Positions 39,590 through 52,480 of a stretch of DNA of 64,000 bases are shown here, piece by piece. The notes under the pieces are model-generated. The model worked only from the letters and a program-made list of their open reading frames with translations. It was not told the DNA's origin and made no database searches. Numbering within the stretch: position 1 is the stretch's first letter; each line of letters opens with the position of its first letter. Origin of the DNA: Octopus vulgaris (taxonomy: Eukaryota); NCBI GenBank assembly GCA_951406725.2, contig OX597838.1, forward strand, positions 26,226,001 to 26,290,000. Reading direction: 5' to 3'. The translations under genes and the position numbers were made by a program.

Positions 39590-40325
39590 GTTAAATTGTT
39601 GTTGCTGTTGTTGTTGTTGCTGCCGCTGCTGCTGCTGCTACCGTTTGCATTATTTAATCCCAGGTCCCGGTTTTAACGCAGGATAGCCTTGATCCTAAGA
39701 CCAAGGACGGTCTCTCATTTTTCCATGCTCTTTGTTCCAAACACCAAACGTCTAGAACTACGTGTGCCCTTCCCTTTTTGTTTTTAAAGAGCCGAATGAG
39801 ATTAGGTCGCTATTTCTGGCATATTGGCTGGTCACATCGAGGACCCCCATTGGATTGTCATAACGTGATATGGAACCATGGAACCGGGGAACCGTGAAAC
39901 CGTGGATTTGTGGTATTATGTAAACTTATTGGCATAGATTTATGCTCCAGTTCAGACCAAATGAAGGCAACCTATTATCAATTACGGTCCAGTCTTGACC
40001 ATCACGTCTTTTCTCCCAAGCACAGGACAACTAGGGCTGCATTATAGAAAGCGCCGTTATTTTCTATGACAGCAGTGTGTAATGATTTGAGGGAGATTTA
40101 TCTGCTATTTCAGTCAGGTCTGTCATGATCCAGTAAAACTTACAATCAACGGTATCCTAGTTGAATTAATCCAATGTTTTTTATTAATCTTTCATTTTTA
40201 GCTAAGCGTATCTAGGGTTACATAATCTAAAATGTGCCCTTCTTTTATTGAATGGGGTGGGGGTAAATGTGAGAGAGCTTCAGCTATCGTTTCGAATAGG
40301 TCAAGCGACCAGCATGAGATGGTCC
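39590..40325. repeat. Old, clustered copies of an unclassified repeat
   Basis: Recurring CTAGG..TACAT.ATC...GAG.GAGATTT..CTGCTATTTC motifs; related pieces at 38090-38195 (opposite strand) and 51595-51775. Confidence 0.45.
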
Positions 40326-40839
40326 TTTGCGTGGAGAGGAACCGGAATGGAGAGGTGTCGGGTAGCTAGGAGAAGTGGTGGGTGGAAGGGCGCCTAGAGG
40401 AGATGAGGGGTGCGGGGAAGCCGGGTGTGGAATTGGCTAATAATTCTTGGCCAACAAAATATTTCGTTTGAATATTTCTTATCATCTCTGCAGACAGCGA
40501 ACAATATGTTATATGTCTTTACGTAACGGTGGTGGTGGTGGTGGTCGCGGCGGTCGCGGCGGCGGAGGTGTAAATGGTGGTGGTGGTGGTGGTGGTGGTG
40601 GAAGGAGGAGGTTAAAGATTATAAAAAACGGTGATGTGGAGATGAACTTCCTTATATGGATGTTGCCTGTCTTGATGCTGGTAGAATGCTTACTTTTGGT
40701 ATATATATATATATGCGTATGTATGTGTATGCATGCTCGTGTGTGTGTGTATGTATCTGTGTGTGTGTGTGTGTTTTCTATTTTTTTATGTCTTATTTTT
40801 GTTGCTTTATTTGTTTCGGTGTTTGAACTGTGACTATTC

Positions 40840-40991
40840 TCTGACTCCGCCTTAAAAGGTGTTTTAGTGGATGAAATCAAGCCCAGTAATTATTTATTTT
40901 TTTAAATCTTAGAATCTTGTTCTATCGGTCTCTTTTGCCGGGCCATTAATTTATGGGACGTAAACAAACTAACACCGATCGTTAAGCAGTT

Positions 40992-41027
<36 letters not shown>

Positions 41028-41278
41028 ACACGGACTACGTACACACACATGCACACATACACACACGACACTCATACGCTTTAGAGTATTGCGTGCTCTG
41101 TACATTAAGATATACTCTTTTATTTTTTTTCAGTCATTTGCCTGCGGCTAAGCTGGAGCACCGCCCTTAGTCGAACAATCAGCCCCTAGTACTTATTCTA
41201 TCGGTCTCTATGGCGGAACCGCTAAGTTACGGGGACGTAAACACACCAGCATCGGTTATCAAGTGAGGGTGGTGGAGA

Positions 41279-41348
<70 letters not shown>

Positions 41349-41512
41349 CGATGGGTTTCTTTCAGTTTCCGTCTACCAAATCCACTCACAAGGCTTTGGT
41401 CAGCCCGAGGCTATAGTAGAAGACACTTGCCCAAGGTACCACGCAGTGGGACTGAACCTGAAACCATGTGGTTGGTAAGCAAGCTACTTACCACACAGCC
41501 ACACCTGCGCCT
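40840..41512 (-). mobile_element. SINE A: 3' part (40840-41000) plus full copy (41115-41512)
   Basis: Reverse complement of family A, ending CACACAGCCACACCTGCGCC. Confidence 0.9.
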
Positions 41513-41719
41513 ATTGAAAAATATATATATACTGGGAAATGGCTTAACTTATAATACGTATGTTTTAAAAGCTACTACGAAAAGCGCTTACGTAAAATCT
41601 TCAGATATTTAGTATTCAACTACGCAGACTTGACTGGGCAGAAGATGATGGTGGTCGTTGTTGTAGAATTCTACATGTTCAGTTTCCCACAAAATGTTTA
41701 TCTGCAAACATGATATATC

Positions 41720-42120
41720 TTCGTCAGCCATCAGCCAGATGGTCTTCCTTCTGTCCTGGGGGTAAGCTTGCCCAAACTCTCAAGCTCCTTCTGAGTTTTA
41801 GTCCACGCATATAATCAGCCAGGCTTTTGTTTCGAATCCATTCTTTGATGCTAGTTCACAAACGTTTTTGACGGCTTATCACTGCCTTGCACTCAACACT
41901 TCCTACCAGGATAGTCTTGAGTTAAGACTCCTGGCGCATTGTGTCTCCAAAATATGATAGTTTTGGGGAACTGATTTTCAGCAATAGGTGTCTTTGGAGT
42001 TTTCAACCTGTCAATGCTGCAGCTTTCGTTACTTTATCTCCAGTTTATTCTGTCCAATCCGCGAATGATCCACCTCTCAAAGGCTTCTTTCTTCTTCTCC
42101 ATTGCTCTCCACATTTTCCA
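41720..42120 (-). mobile_element. RTE-clade LINE C-terminal fragment
   Basis: EAFERWIIRGLDRINW...KLSYFGDTMRQES*LKTILVGSVE...IKEWI, the RTE/BovB post-RT pattern, with stops and frameshifts. Confidence 0.7.
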
Positions 42121-42349
42121 AGTATTTAACCCGATGGGATCTTATTTAAACTCTCTTTTAATTAATTAATTAATAAATCAATTAACATTTATTACTAATT
42201 AATTACAAACTTGTTACCAGTACAAATATGCTTGAGGCATTTCGAACCGTAAGAAAGCCATTCATTGTATTTTGTTATGGTGAAAAGTTCTCGCTGTAGA
42301 CGAACTGGTGTAAGCACACCGAGTCAGCTCACAACGTCCCCTAACGAGA

Positions 42350-42397
42350 CTGTTGGATGCATGCATTTCGAAGTGGTTATCTCCTCTTCAGCAACAG
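42350..42397 (-). ncRNA. Type-I hammerhead ribozyme, canonical core
   Basis: CUGUUG-CUGAAGA-GGAG auaacca CUUC-GAAA-UGCAUGCA-UC-CAACAG. Helix I is extended by a 17-bp stem (42411-42427 with 42323-42339, 5 G-U pairs). Confidence 0.9.
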
Positions 42398-42696
42398 AGA
42401 CCGGAAAGGCAGACGCTACGAACTGACACGAGAGACAGTATCTTTCATACGATATTCCCGTCAATGACTGGATACGCTATTCAGCGGCTCACCGTACATT
42501 AAAAACATTAAAAACGGAGTGACAGCGCTCAGCAGTGATATGTATAAATACAAACTTATTACCAATTCAAATATGCTCGAGGCATACTTGAACTCGTAAG
42601 AAAGACATTCATTGTATTTTGTCAAGGAGAAAAGTTCTCGCTGTAGACAAATAGGTGTAAATACACCGAGTCATCTCACAGCGCCCCCTAACCAGA

Positions 42697-42741
42697 CTGT
42701 TGGATGCATGCATTTCGGGGTGATTATCCCCTCTTCAGCAA
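42697..42741 (-). ncRNA. Type-I hammerhead ribozyme, second copy with 5' arm truncated
   Basis: UUG-CUGAAGA-GGGG auaauca CCCC-GAAA-UGCAUGCA-UC-CAACAG; helix II covaries with the first copy. Confidence 0.85.
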
Positions 42742-43313
42742 TTAATCATTTCTTTATTTAAGTTTCTTTTTATTAATTATCAAAAAAAAAAGACCTCATT
42801 CATAAAGAATATATTTAGGACCACGACAGGCACCCTACTGTTAGACTAACTAATTCCTCTATTACCATTCACCCTCTTTCATACCCTCAATTCTGTTGGC
42901 GTTCGCTAATTGGCATGGCATTACAACGAGGATGTAAGCACCTTACATCGTTAAAGACTTGTATCGTTGAAGACCTAGAGCTTAGATTCTAGGCAACGCC
43001 CTTCATCAACGTCCTCGCCGTCTCTTCCAGTTCTACACCCCACTTAGTCATTATTCTTCCTACCAATATAGATTTTTTTCTAGATTTTTTTTTACTCCTC
43101 CCACCCTGTATTTTATATTTTCATTTATATTCGATGTTTATTTTAGATGTTACCTGCAACTTCGTCTTGCAGATAACGCCCTAAAATAACATTTAACCAA
43201 AACATTGATACATCTGCATTTAATGTATAAATCAATATCCAAGTTCATAAAACTTAAGTTGAGTACAATTAACGCGTATGTAGTCTCTGTTTCATGAAAA
43301 TGAAAGATTTATA

Positions 43314-43616
43314 CAACTGTCTTCATTTATCGCGGGTGCTTGGTTCCAAAACAAGAACACCGACTTTAATTAATCAGTGATAATGAATAACAGAACACAT
43401 AGACAAAAATTAGGTCTCATTCTGCGTCCCCAAGTTGACCTAAGCATTGTGGATAGTCGCTGCAGCACGCTTTTGCGCTCGAAGCAGAATCTCTGACTGA
43501 TCGCAGGCTCGTGTTATCACAGATCAATTCGTGTTAGGTGTGACATGGTTCTCAATAAGCGTACCGTGCTTTCCCAGATCCGCGATAAATGAATCAGTGA
43601 TAAATGAGGATAGATG
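43314..43616. mobile_element. pogo/Tigger-like MITE, diverged
   Basis: TA|CAACTGTCTTCATTTATCGCGG ... CCGCGATAAATGAA..TGATAAATGAGGATAGATG|TA. Confidence 0.6.
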
Positions 43617-43774
43617 TATTAAAATCTGATTTGTTATTTCTATTCAGTTACCCGGCTTAGACAGGTACACGCAGATTATCATAGACTTGAATAATCCAAA
43701 AGCTTCAACATGAAAGAGGAGATAATTCCTGTGCTTAATTCATTTTGAATCGTTTAACCATATCCCTAATGCTA

Positions 43775-43852
<78 letters not shown>

Positions 43853-44131
43853 CAATGATGATCCTATTTCATGACTTTCCATGGTTTGTTTTGATTCTCT
43901 GTTCGTGCTTAATGTTTATCTGGTATTTGAAGCCGTCAGAAGCCTTGATACGTAAATGTGGAACAACGAGAATGAGTACCCAACACCGCATCGGTGGATG
44001 AAATTTCTTTATTTGTATATAAAGACTACTATTTCTTGGCATGAAACTAATGGTAGCCTTAATGCACAAAGAAAAAATGTATCCACCAACGCGGTGCAGA
44101 GCACTCATTCTCGTCGTACCATATTTACGTG

Positions 44132-44225
<94 letters not shown>

Positions 44226-44228
<3 letters not shown>

Positions 44229-44563
44229 TTTTAATCTCTTATTTGTTTCAGTCGAACAAAATGACCCCAGGACTTATTCTTTGTAAGTCTACAACTTATT
44301 CTATCGGTCACTTTTGCCGAAGCGCTATTTTACGAGGACGTAGACACACCAACATCGATTGTCAAACGATAGTCAAGGGATAAACACAGACATCCAAATA
44401 CGACGGGATTCTTTCAGTTTCCATCTACCAAATCTATTCACAAGGGTTTGGTCGGCCCGAGGCTGTAAAAGAAGGTACTCACCCAAGGTGCCACGTAGTG
44501 GGACTGAACCCGGAATCATGTGGTTGAGAAGCAAGCTTCTTACCACACAGCCACGCCTGCGCC

Positions 44564-44565
<2 letters not shown>
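44226..44565 (-). mobile_element. SINE A, diverged
   Basis: Reverse complement of family A, ending CACAGCCACGCCTGCGCC. Confidence 0.88.
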
Positions 44566-44610
<45 letters not shown>

Positions 44611-44777
44611 CTATATATATATATGGGCAATCTTCGATTATTTCCTTTCCAGAAGGGATGTTTAACCCGTTATTTACGTGCAATTATTTATGGCTCCATG
44701 TGATGTGTTGCAAGATATTCCAAAACGGAATTAGTTCACGTTCTCTCAAACTTTACAAAATTCTTATGACGTCAATA

Positions 44778-44812
<35 letters not shown>

Positions 44813-44922
44813 AATACATACATATACATATGTATGAATATTCATATATATACACACACATACATACATATTCGGATATATATGTGTGTATATGTATGTA
44901 TGTATATCTGTATATATGTGTG

Positions 44923-44997
<75 letters not shown>

Positions 44998-45519
44998 ATA
45001 TATACATATGTATTCTTGTTATTATTATTTAATTGGCTTGCTCTACATCACAGGCAGACGTCTTGCTGTGTGATCTTGCTTATGGATCATACGTACACAC
45101 AGAGGCACACACACACACATACACACTCACACACATACACATTCACACATACACACTCACTCATACATACGCACATGCGCGCGCACGCTCACACACGCAT
45201 GAACGCACACACATGTATCTACAAACACATACACAGTGACACGTACAGAATGACCGAAGACATTAAAAAAAAACTGAATGTAAATATTACATAAACATAT
45301 GTACGTACGTTTGTGTGTCTACCCATTTGTCTGTATATACGCATGTAGTATGTATGTATGTATCTATAATGTATGCATGTATGTATATATGTATGTATGT
45401 ACGTATGCATAAAATATTTCCCCTCCACATAATTATTTTCAATTAAATTTCTGATATTGATTTCAAATTTTTGGCACAAGGCCAGCAATTTCAGGGAAAG
45501 GGCCAAGTCGATTCTTATA

Positions 45520-46511
45520 TTCTTTTACTTGTTTCAGTCATCTGACTGCGGCCATGTTGGAGCACCGCCTTGAAGGGTCGAACAACTCGACACCAGCACT
45601 TGTTCTTTGCAAGCCTGGTCCGTATTCCATCGGACTCTTTTGCCGGACCGCGAACCTGCGGGGAAGTAAACACACCAACACCGGTTATCAAGCAGTGATG
45701 GGGAGGGGCGGGACCAAACACAGACACATAGACATACACACATAAATATACACGCAGACACAAACACACATGGGCTTCTTTCAGTTTCCGCGCTCCAAAT
45801 CCACTCACAAGGCTTTGGTCGGCCCGAGGCTAGAGTAGAAAGCACTTACCTAAGGTGCCTCGCAGTAGGAATGATCCCGGAACCATGTGGTTGGGAAGCA
45901 AACTTTTTATTTCTTTATTGCCAATAAGAGGCTAAACATAGAGGGACAAACAAGGACAGACAAAGGGATTAAGTCGATTACATCGACCCCAGTGTGTAAC
46001 TGGTACTTAATTTATCAACTCCGAAAGTATGAAAGACAAAGTCGACTTCGGCGGAATTTGAACTCAGAACGTAACGGCAGACGAAATACCGGTAAGCATA
46101 TCGCCCGGTGTGCTAACGATTCTGCCAGCTCACCACCTTCCAGCGTCACACAGCGATGCCTGCACCTGGTTCTTATTTTATTGCCCCAGAAAGGATGAAA
46201 GGCAAAGTAGAGATCAGCAGTATTTGAACTCAAAACGTAAGGGCGGACGAAACGCCGCTAAGCGTTTTGCGCAGGGAGCTAACGATTCTGCTAGTTCACC
46301 GTCTGAATTATATTCTTCATATTCACTCCATGATGAAATATTCTACTACCGATGTTGGTTTATTTACGACCCCGTAACTTGGCGGTTCGGCAAAAGAGAC
46401 CTATGGAATAAGTACTAGGCTTACAAAAAAATAAGTCCGGGGGTCGGTTTGTTCGACTAAAGGCGTTACTCCAGCATGGCCGCAGTCAAATGACTGAAAC
46501 AAATAAAAGAA
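45520..46511. mobile_element. Nested SINE cluster: A(-) 45520-45905 interrupted by B(-) 45906-46139, A head remnant 46146-46167, B(-) 46168-46301, A(+) 3' part 46350-46511
   Basis: Family A resumes after the B copy with CACACAGCGATGCCTGCACCT. Confidence 0.85.
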
Positions 46512-46823
46512 TACTAATGTAACTTGACTACGGTTATTACATGCAGATGGCGTCCCTGAGTAATTAATGCATCAATTAATTCTTTTAAAGCATAAAAGAA
46601 TAGTCAATAAAATCGAGCGTTGATATGAATGTACATATCTTTTTTTTCCTTTTTCCTTTTTTTTTTTTTTTTGCAGCGCTGTTACCTTCGTCAAGGAATA
46701 GTTCACTCACATATACATGAGTACTCCCGACTTCAGCTCTCCCTCACGCACACGCAAACAAATACATATACTGGTACTCCGTCGGTTACAAGGTGCTGCC
46801 CTATACTTATATATATATATATA

Positions 46824-47223
46824 CTAGCAGTATCGCCCGGCGTTGCTCGGGTTTGTAAGGGAAATAACTATATAAGCATTTTTAGAGAGTTATACCAAAA
46901 AATAGCAAAAAAATGCATTAAAAATGGGAAAAAAATGGTGGTAAATTTTTTTTTTAAATCGTTGACTCATCGTAGACATTTTTAGAGAGTAACTTCCTTT
47001 ATATAATAGCGAAAAAAATGCGTTAAAATGGAAAAAAATGATGGTAAATTTTTTTTTTAAATCGTAGACTCATCGTAGACGCGCGCTAATACCCAGAAGG
47101 ACTCGATATGAATCACGACTATAAGATACCCGGTTTTGGTTAAACTGCACCGCAAAATGTGGGAGTAGTTAGGAATCTAAATCGTAGGAGACAGACACAC
47201 AACCTTACTTTTATATATAAAGA
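46824..47223 (-). mobile_element. Non-autonomous Helitron-like element, both ends intact
   Basis: Minus strand A|TCTTTATATATAAAAG ... CCCGAGCAACGCCGGGCGATACTGCTAG|T, with an internal ~100-bp duplication. Confidence 0.82.
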
Positions 47224-47818
47224 TATATATATATATAAGGTCAAATCGGCTTAAACCTGCAGTAACTAACAACATGGTATATTAAATCCGAGTGAAACAG
47301 AGTTCATCTATTACATCACATGACGAGGTGCTTCCGCACCGAAGGACGCACCACAATTAGTGGTATAGTTTCTCACCCGCGAGGGATGGATGCAGGATGT
47401 GTCGAAACGATCGTTATGAGCAATAAAGTTTTTACCCATGTATCCCATTTTCCGTCTCTATCATGTTATATATATATGCTTATCAGGAGCAAAATATTCA
47501 GAAGTGAATATTTATATAGATATTAATATTGCTATTATTATAGAAGGCAATATAAATAGATGATAATAACAGCAACATTACTATCGTTGGTTGCAGGCCT
47601 AAAATAGCATTATATAGCTATAGAATTAAAATTATATTAATCATAAGGACCCAATAATGTGTCTACCTGCTATGTGAGGGGATTTTTCGAGTCGATTGCC
47701 CGAGTACTGCTGATTCCGTGATCATTTTCAGTGTTAATTTTTGGTGGTATAAATGAGTTTTAATTCTCATTTCTAGCAGGCAGACACATTAACGTGGCCT
47801 TATGATGAATACGATTTC

Positions 47819-47982
<164 letters not shown>

Positions 47983-48183
47983 GTATATATATATATATAT
48001 GTATATATATGTGTGGATGTGTGGGTGTGTGCACGCGCATGTATAAATATATATACATGTATGCATAAGTCCTGGGTTCGATTCGTTCCACTAAAAGTGG
48101 TGCCCCATCATGGCCGCAGTCAAATGACTGAAACCAGTAAAAGTATATATGTATATGTGCGTGTATGTATGTATGTATGTGTG

Positions 48184-48232
<49 letters not shown>

Positions 48233-48255
48233 ATATATATATATACATACATACA

Positions 48256-48308
<53 letters not shown>

Positions 48309-48533
48309 GTTAACGATCTGGCTAGATAGATAGATACATATATAATGTTATGGTATGCATGGAGACATTTATGCCGACATACCTGCGTAAGTGTACACGT
48401 ACGCACACACACAGTCACATATGAACACGAAGACACACTAGTTTATGAAACCGTCCTACAAGCAAACACGCGATCACAAAAGCACATTTACTCAAGAACC
48501 CTATCTCTTCACTCATACTACTACTACTACTAC

Positions 48534-48565
<32 letters not shown>

Positions 48566-49318
48566 GCAACTATTTTTAGACGTGTACATCTACCCTAAAG
48601 AGGAATGCTTAGGTTTAAGAAATTTACCACCATCACCACCACCGCCACCACCATCGGTAAGCAACAGCAGAGCATTATTAAAAACTGCCACCATCACCTC
48701 CCCACCACCACCACCACCACCACCACCATTACCACCATCAACTCCACCTCCCTCCCCCCCACCATCACCATCGCCACCACCGCCGTCACCTCCTGCCAAC
48801 ATCAACGCAGCGTCAGTAGCACCATTGCGATCATATCTAACACCACCGCCACCACCACCACCACATCCACCATCCCCACCATCACATACACCTGTCTCTA
48901 CTCTCTCTCCTCCCCTCCCCCCTCCCCTCCCACACCCATCCGCCCCATAAGAGATACATACATCCTGTTATCTTTATACCTGTCTTTAACTGCGCTCTGA
49001 TTCCGTCGTCTTCTGTTCTGGAGTTTCGGTTTCAAATTACACCAGATACATTGAAGAGGTTATTACTGCTACAACTACTTTTTTTTTATTTTTCTGTTCT
49101 TGTTGTTAGTGTTGTTGCAGTCGTTGTTGTTGGTGATGGTGGTGGTGGTGGTGGTGGTGGTGGTGATGGGGATGATATTGGGGGGTTTGGGGTGAGATGT
49201 GATGGGTGGGTAGGGGGCCGATAGGTAGCGGTACTTTTGGTGTCGCTGATGGTACTGTTGGTGGTGGTGGTGGTGGTGATGAAGATTTGTTACACTGGCA
49301 CAGCACCAACAATTTATT

Positions 49319-49937
49319 CTTTTCTACTCTAGGCACAAGGCCCGAAATTTTTGGGGAGGGGTAGAGCCAATCGATTACATCGATTTCAGTACGCAACTGG
49401 TACTTAATTTATCGAACCCGAAACGATGAAAGGCAAAGTCAACCTCGGCTGAATTTGAACTCAGAACGTTAAGACAGACGAAATACCTATTTCTTTGCTA
49501 CCCACAAGGGGCTAAACACAGAGAGGACAAACAAGGATAGACAAACGGATTAAGTCGATTATATCGACCCCAGTGCGTAACTGGTTCTTAATTTATCGAC
49601 CCCGAAAGGATGAAAGGCAAAGTCGACCTCGGCAGAATTTGAACTCAGAACGTAGCAGCAGACGAAATACCGCTAAGCATTTTGCCCGGTGTGCTAACGT
49701 TTCTTATTTCTTTATTGCCCACAAGGGGCTAAACATAGAGGGACAAACAAAAACAAACAAAGGGATTAAGTCGATTACATCGACCCCAGTGCGTAACTGG
49801 TACTTAATTTATCGACCCCGAAAGGATGAAAGGCAAAGTCGACCTCGGCGGAATTTGAACTCAGAACGTAGCGGCAGACGAAATACCGCTAAGCATTTCG
49901 CCCGGCGTGCTAACGATTCTGCCAGCTCGCCACCTTC
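49319..49937 (-). mobile_element. SINE B trimer with mixed tails, bounded by an 18-bp TSD
   Basis: CAGCACCAACAATTTATT at 49301-49318 and 49938-49955; three core copies; junctions at ~49487 and ~49702. Confidence 0.93.
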
Positions 49938-50089
49938 CAGCACCAACAATTTATTAGAGGCAGGCTAGGGTGGTGATATAGTTGAATAAACATATTCCTC
50001 AGCATATAACTGCTAGAAGTTTTGATCGACCTCAATGAAGTGAGCTAAATTACAGTTTTATAAATTTATCTCCATGTTCTCCAGTTAGG

Positions 50090-50340
50090 TGGAGGCGCGT
50101 GGCTTTGTGGTTAAGGTGTCAGCATCATGATCGTAAGATTGTGGTTTCGATTCCTGGACCGGGCGACGCGTTGTGTTCTTGAGCAAACCACTTCATTTCA
50201 CGTTGCTCCAGTTCACTCAGATAGCAAAAATGAGTAACGCTGCGATGGAATACCGTCCCATCCAGCTGGGGAACACATATGCCATGGGAACCGGGAAACC
50301 AGGCCCATGAACCTGGCTAGGCATTAAAAGTGGCGCATTT
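50090..50340 (+). mobile_element. SINE C with a third tail type
   Basis: GGAGGCGCGTGGCTTTGTGG..GTTTCGATTCC..GTGTTCTTGAGCAAACCACTT..CTGCGATGGA. Confidence 0.8.
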
Positions 50341-50464
50341 ATTTTTTTCTTTTTATTATTATTATTTTTCCAGTTAGATACTTGTACAGTTGAGACCCTG
50401 GGTAGACGACACGAAATACTTGGAAGCATTTAGGTCGACGCCTTGCCAATTCTGGCTTCATAAT

Positions 50465-50680
50465 AATGGCTTCAAATTTTGCACAAGGTCAGCTATTTCG
50501 GGGTGAAGGGGTTAAGTCGATTACATCGATCCCAATACCCAACTGGTACTTGTTTAATCGATATCGGTAGGATGGAATGCTAAGTCGACCTCAGTAGAGT
50601 TTGAACCCAAAGCGTAAAATCGGACGAATTGCCGCTAAGCAATTTGGCAGGCACGCTAACGATTCTGCCAGCTTGCCGCT
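50465..50680 (-). mobile_element. SINE B, diverged
   Basis: TAAGTCGATTACATCG...GCTAACGATTCTGCCAGCT. Confidence 0.85.
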
Positions 50681-50745
50681 TTACGAATAATAAATATTAA
50701 ATATATGCCAAGCCTGTCGCATACATTTTACATATATACATACAT

Positions 50746-51170
50746 AGGCGCAGGAGTGGCTGTGTGGTACGTAGCTTGCTTACCAACCACATGGTTCCGG
50801 ATTCAGTCCCACTGCGTGGCGCCTTGGGCAAGTGTCTTCTGCTATTGCCTCGGGCTGACCAAAGCCTTGTGAATGGATTTGGTAGACGGAAACTGAAAGA
50901 AGCCCGTCGTATATGTGTGTGTGTGTGTGTGTGTGTGTCTGTCTGTGTGTGTATATGTTTGTGTGTATGTGTTTGTCCTCCAGCATCGCTTGACAACCGA
51001 TGCTGGTGTGTTTACGTCCCCGTAACTTAGCGGTTCGACAAAAGATACCGATAGAATAAGTTACTAGGCTTACAAAGAATAAGTCCTGCGGTCGATTTGC
51101 TCGTCTAAAAAAAAAAAGGCAGTGCTCTAGCATGGCCGCAGTCAAATGACTGAAACAAATAAAAGAGAGA
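50746..51170 (+). mobile_element. SINE A, full-length (extra 3' fragment at 51428-51590)
   Basis: AGGCGCAGGAGTGGCTGTGTGG head through GAAACAAATAAAAGAG. Confidence 0.93.
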
Positions 51171-51870
51171 TACAAAGCTACATACATGCATACATACGAA
51201 CATACCAGCATACATATGTATATGCATGCACGCGCGCGCCCGTATATACATTTGAGTCAATGTAACCGAGATAAGCGTAGTAACTTTTGCCGATTGCGTT
51301 CTTGTTGTTGTTGTTGTTGTTGTTCCCGCTGCTGCTGTTGTTTGTTGTTGTTGATTCCAGCCATGCCTCACCTTCCTAAACTCATCTGATCGTTGATCTT
51401 CTCGATGTGATAATTCCAATGTTATTTTTGGTGTGTTTATGACCCCCGTCACCTAGCGGTTCGGCAAAAAGAGACCGATAGAATAAGTACTGGTCTCACA
51501 AAGAATAAGTTCCGGGGTTGAGTTGCTCGATTAAAGGCGGTGCTCCAGCATGGCCGCATTCAAATGACTGAAACAAGTAAAAGAGTAAAGAGTGTGTATC
51601 TAGGATTACATTATCTAAAGAGTTCTTTATTATTATTATCTTTCAAGATGTTTGGGTGAGAGTTGAGGAAGCATTTAGCTGCAGTTCCTCTCTCAAATCT
51701 TTCTCTTTTTTTTTTTCCATTTTGAAGCTCCGTTGACTGTTGTTTAACCCTGAGCCTATTCCTGGTTCACGAGGTCTTTCGTGGAAGTCGTATGTAATGG
51801 TAGAGATACCTACGTAGACTTGCCAATAGTACAAGCGAAAACACGACTTACAAGTACTCTCTCTCATTCA

Positions 51871-51902
<32 letters not shown>

Positions 51903-52004
51903 CTTCCCCCTCTCTCACTCTCTTTCACCTTGTCCCTTATTCGGTTGTTTCTCTTCTTCGCCTTCCTTTTCTTCCGATCTTAACTGATTGGAAGTGTTAA
52001 CCTG

Positions 52005-52480
52005 TACATATTTTGTCTCAGTGTAAAAGATGGGCTACAGCAAATATTCTGTTCGATACCGCAGATTTGCTTGTCAGTTGCTTGACCATAACCATTTGAG
52101 TATGTTGCCCTTTAGTGGCTGACCATTTGTGCATCTGTGATCACGCGCAGGAGTAGTGCAGGAGCATCATAGCCATGTATTGACAAGTGGTATAAGCATC
52201 ACCCTGCGGCTGTAACTGAAGGAGAAAAATATGTTATGATTCTTTGAAACTCTCCAGTACATACAGACGGAACGATTAAAGTTAATGAACTGGATATTAT
52301 TGTAAAAGACGAAAATAATAAATCTGTTTATTGATCAACATTTGTATCCCTTGTGATCATAATATTTCGGCAAAAGAATTTGACAAGCTCAAAAACTGAA
52401 AATTTGCTCATTGAAAGATATGATCAGAAAACGAACTCAAAATTATTTGAGAATGATTCTTGGCTTACCATCCCTGCAAG
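52005..52480 (+). mobile_element. Family E fragment fused to an R4/Dong RLE fragment
   Basis: Family E runs to ~52180, then DKWYKHHPAAVTEG..VHTDGTIKVNELDIIVKD..CIPCDHNISAKEFDKL, same subfamily as 34940. Confidence 0.75.

Larger units (their letters stand above)
42204..42741 (-). mobile_element. Candidate non-LTR retrozyme: ~1.55 tandem copies of a ~347-nt unit with two hammerheads
   Basis: Direct repeat 42204-42394 vs 42549-42741, each containing a hammerhead core on the minus strand; no coding potential. Confidence 0.8.

Noticed and set aside
40320-40610. G-rich tract as promoter or G-quadruplex element
   Set aside because: Mostly GGT/GGC low-complexity sequence common throughout the window; no CpG island or associated gene.
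47318-47348. Hammerhead-like AUGACGA-GGUGC uucc GCACC-GAAG
   Set aside because: Two core deviations (position 3 and GAAA to GAAG) and no helix I/III partner found.
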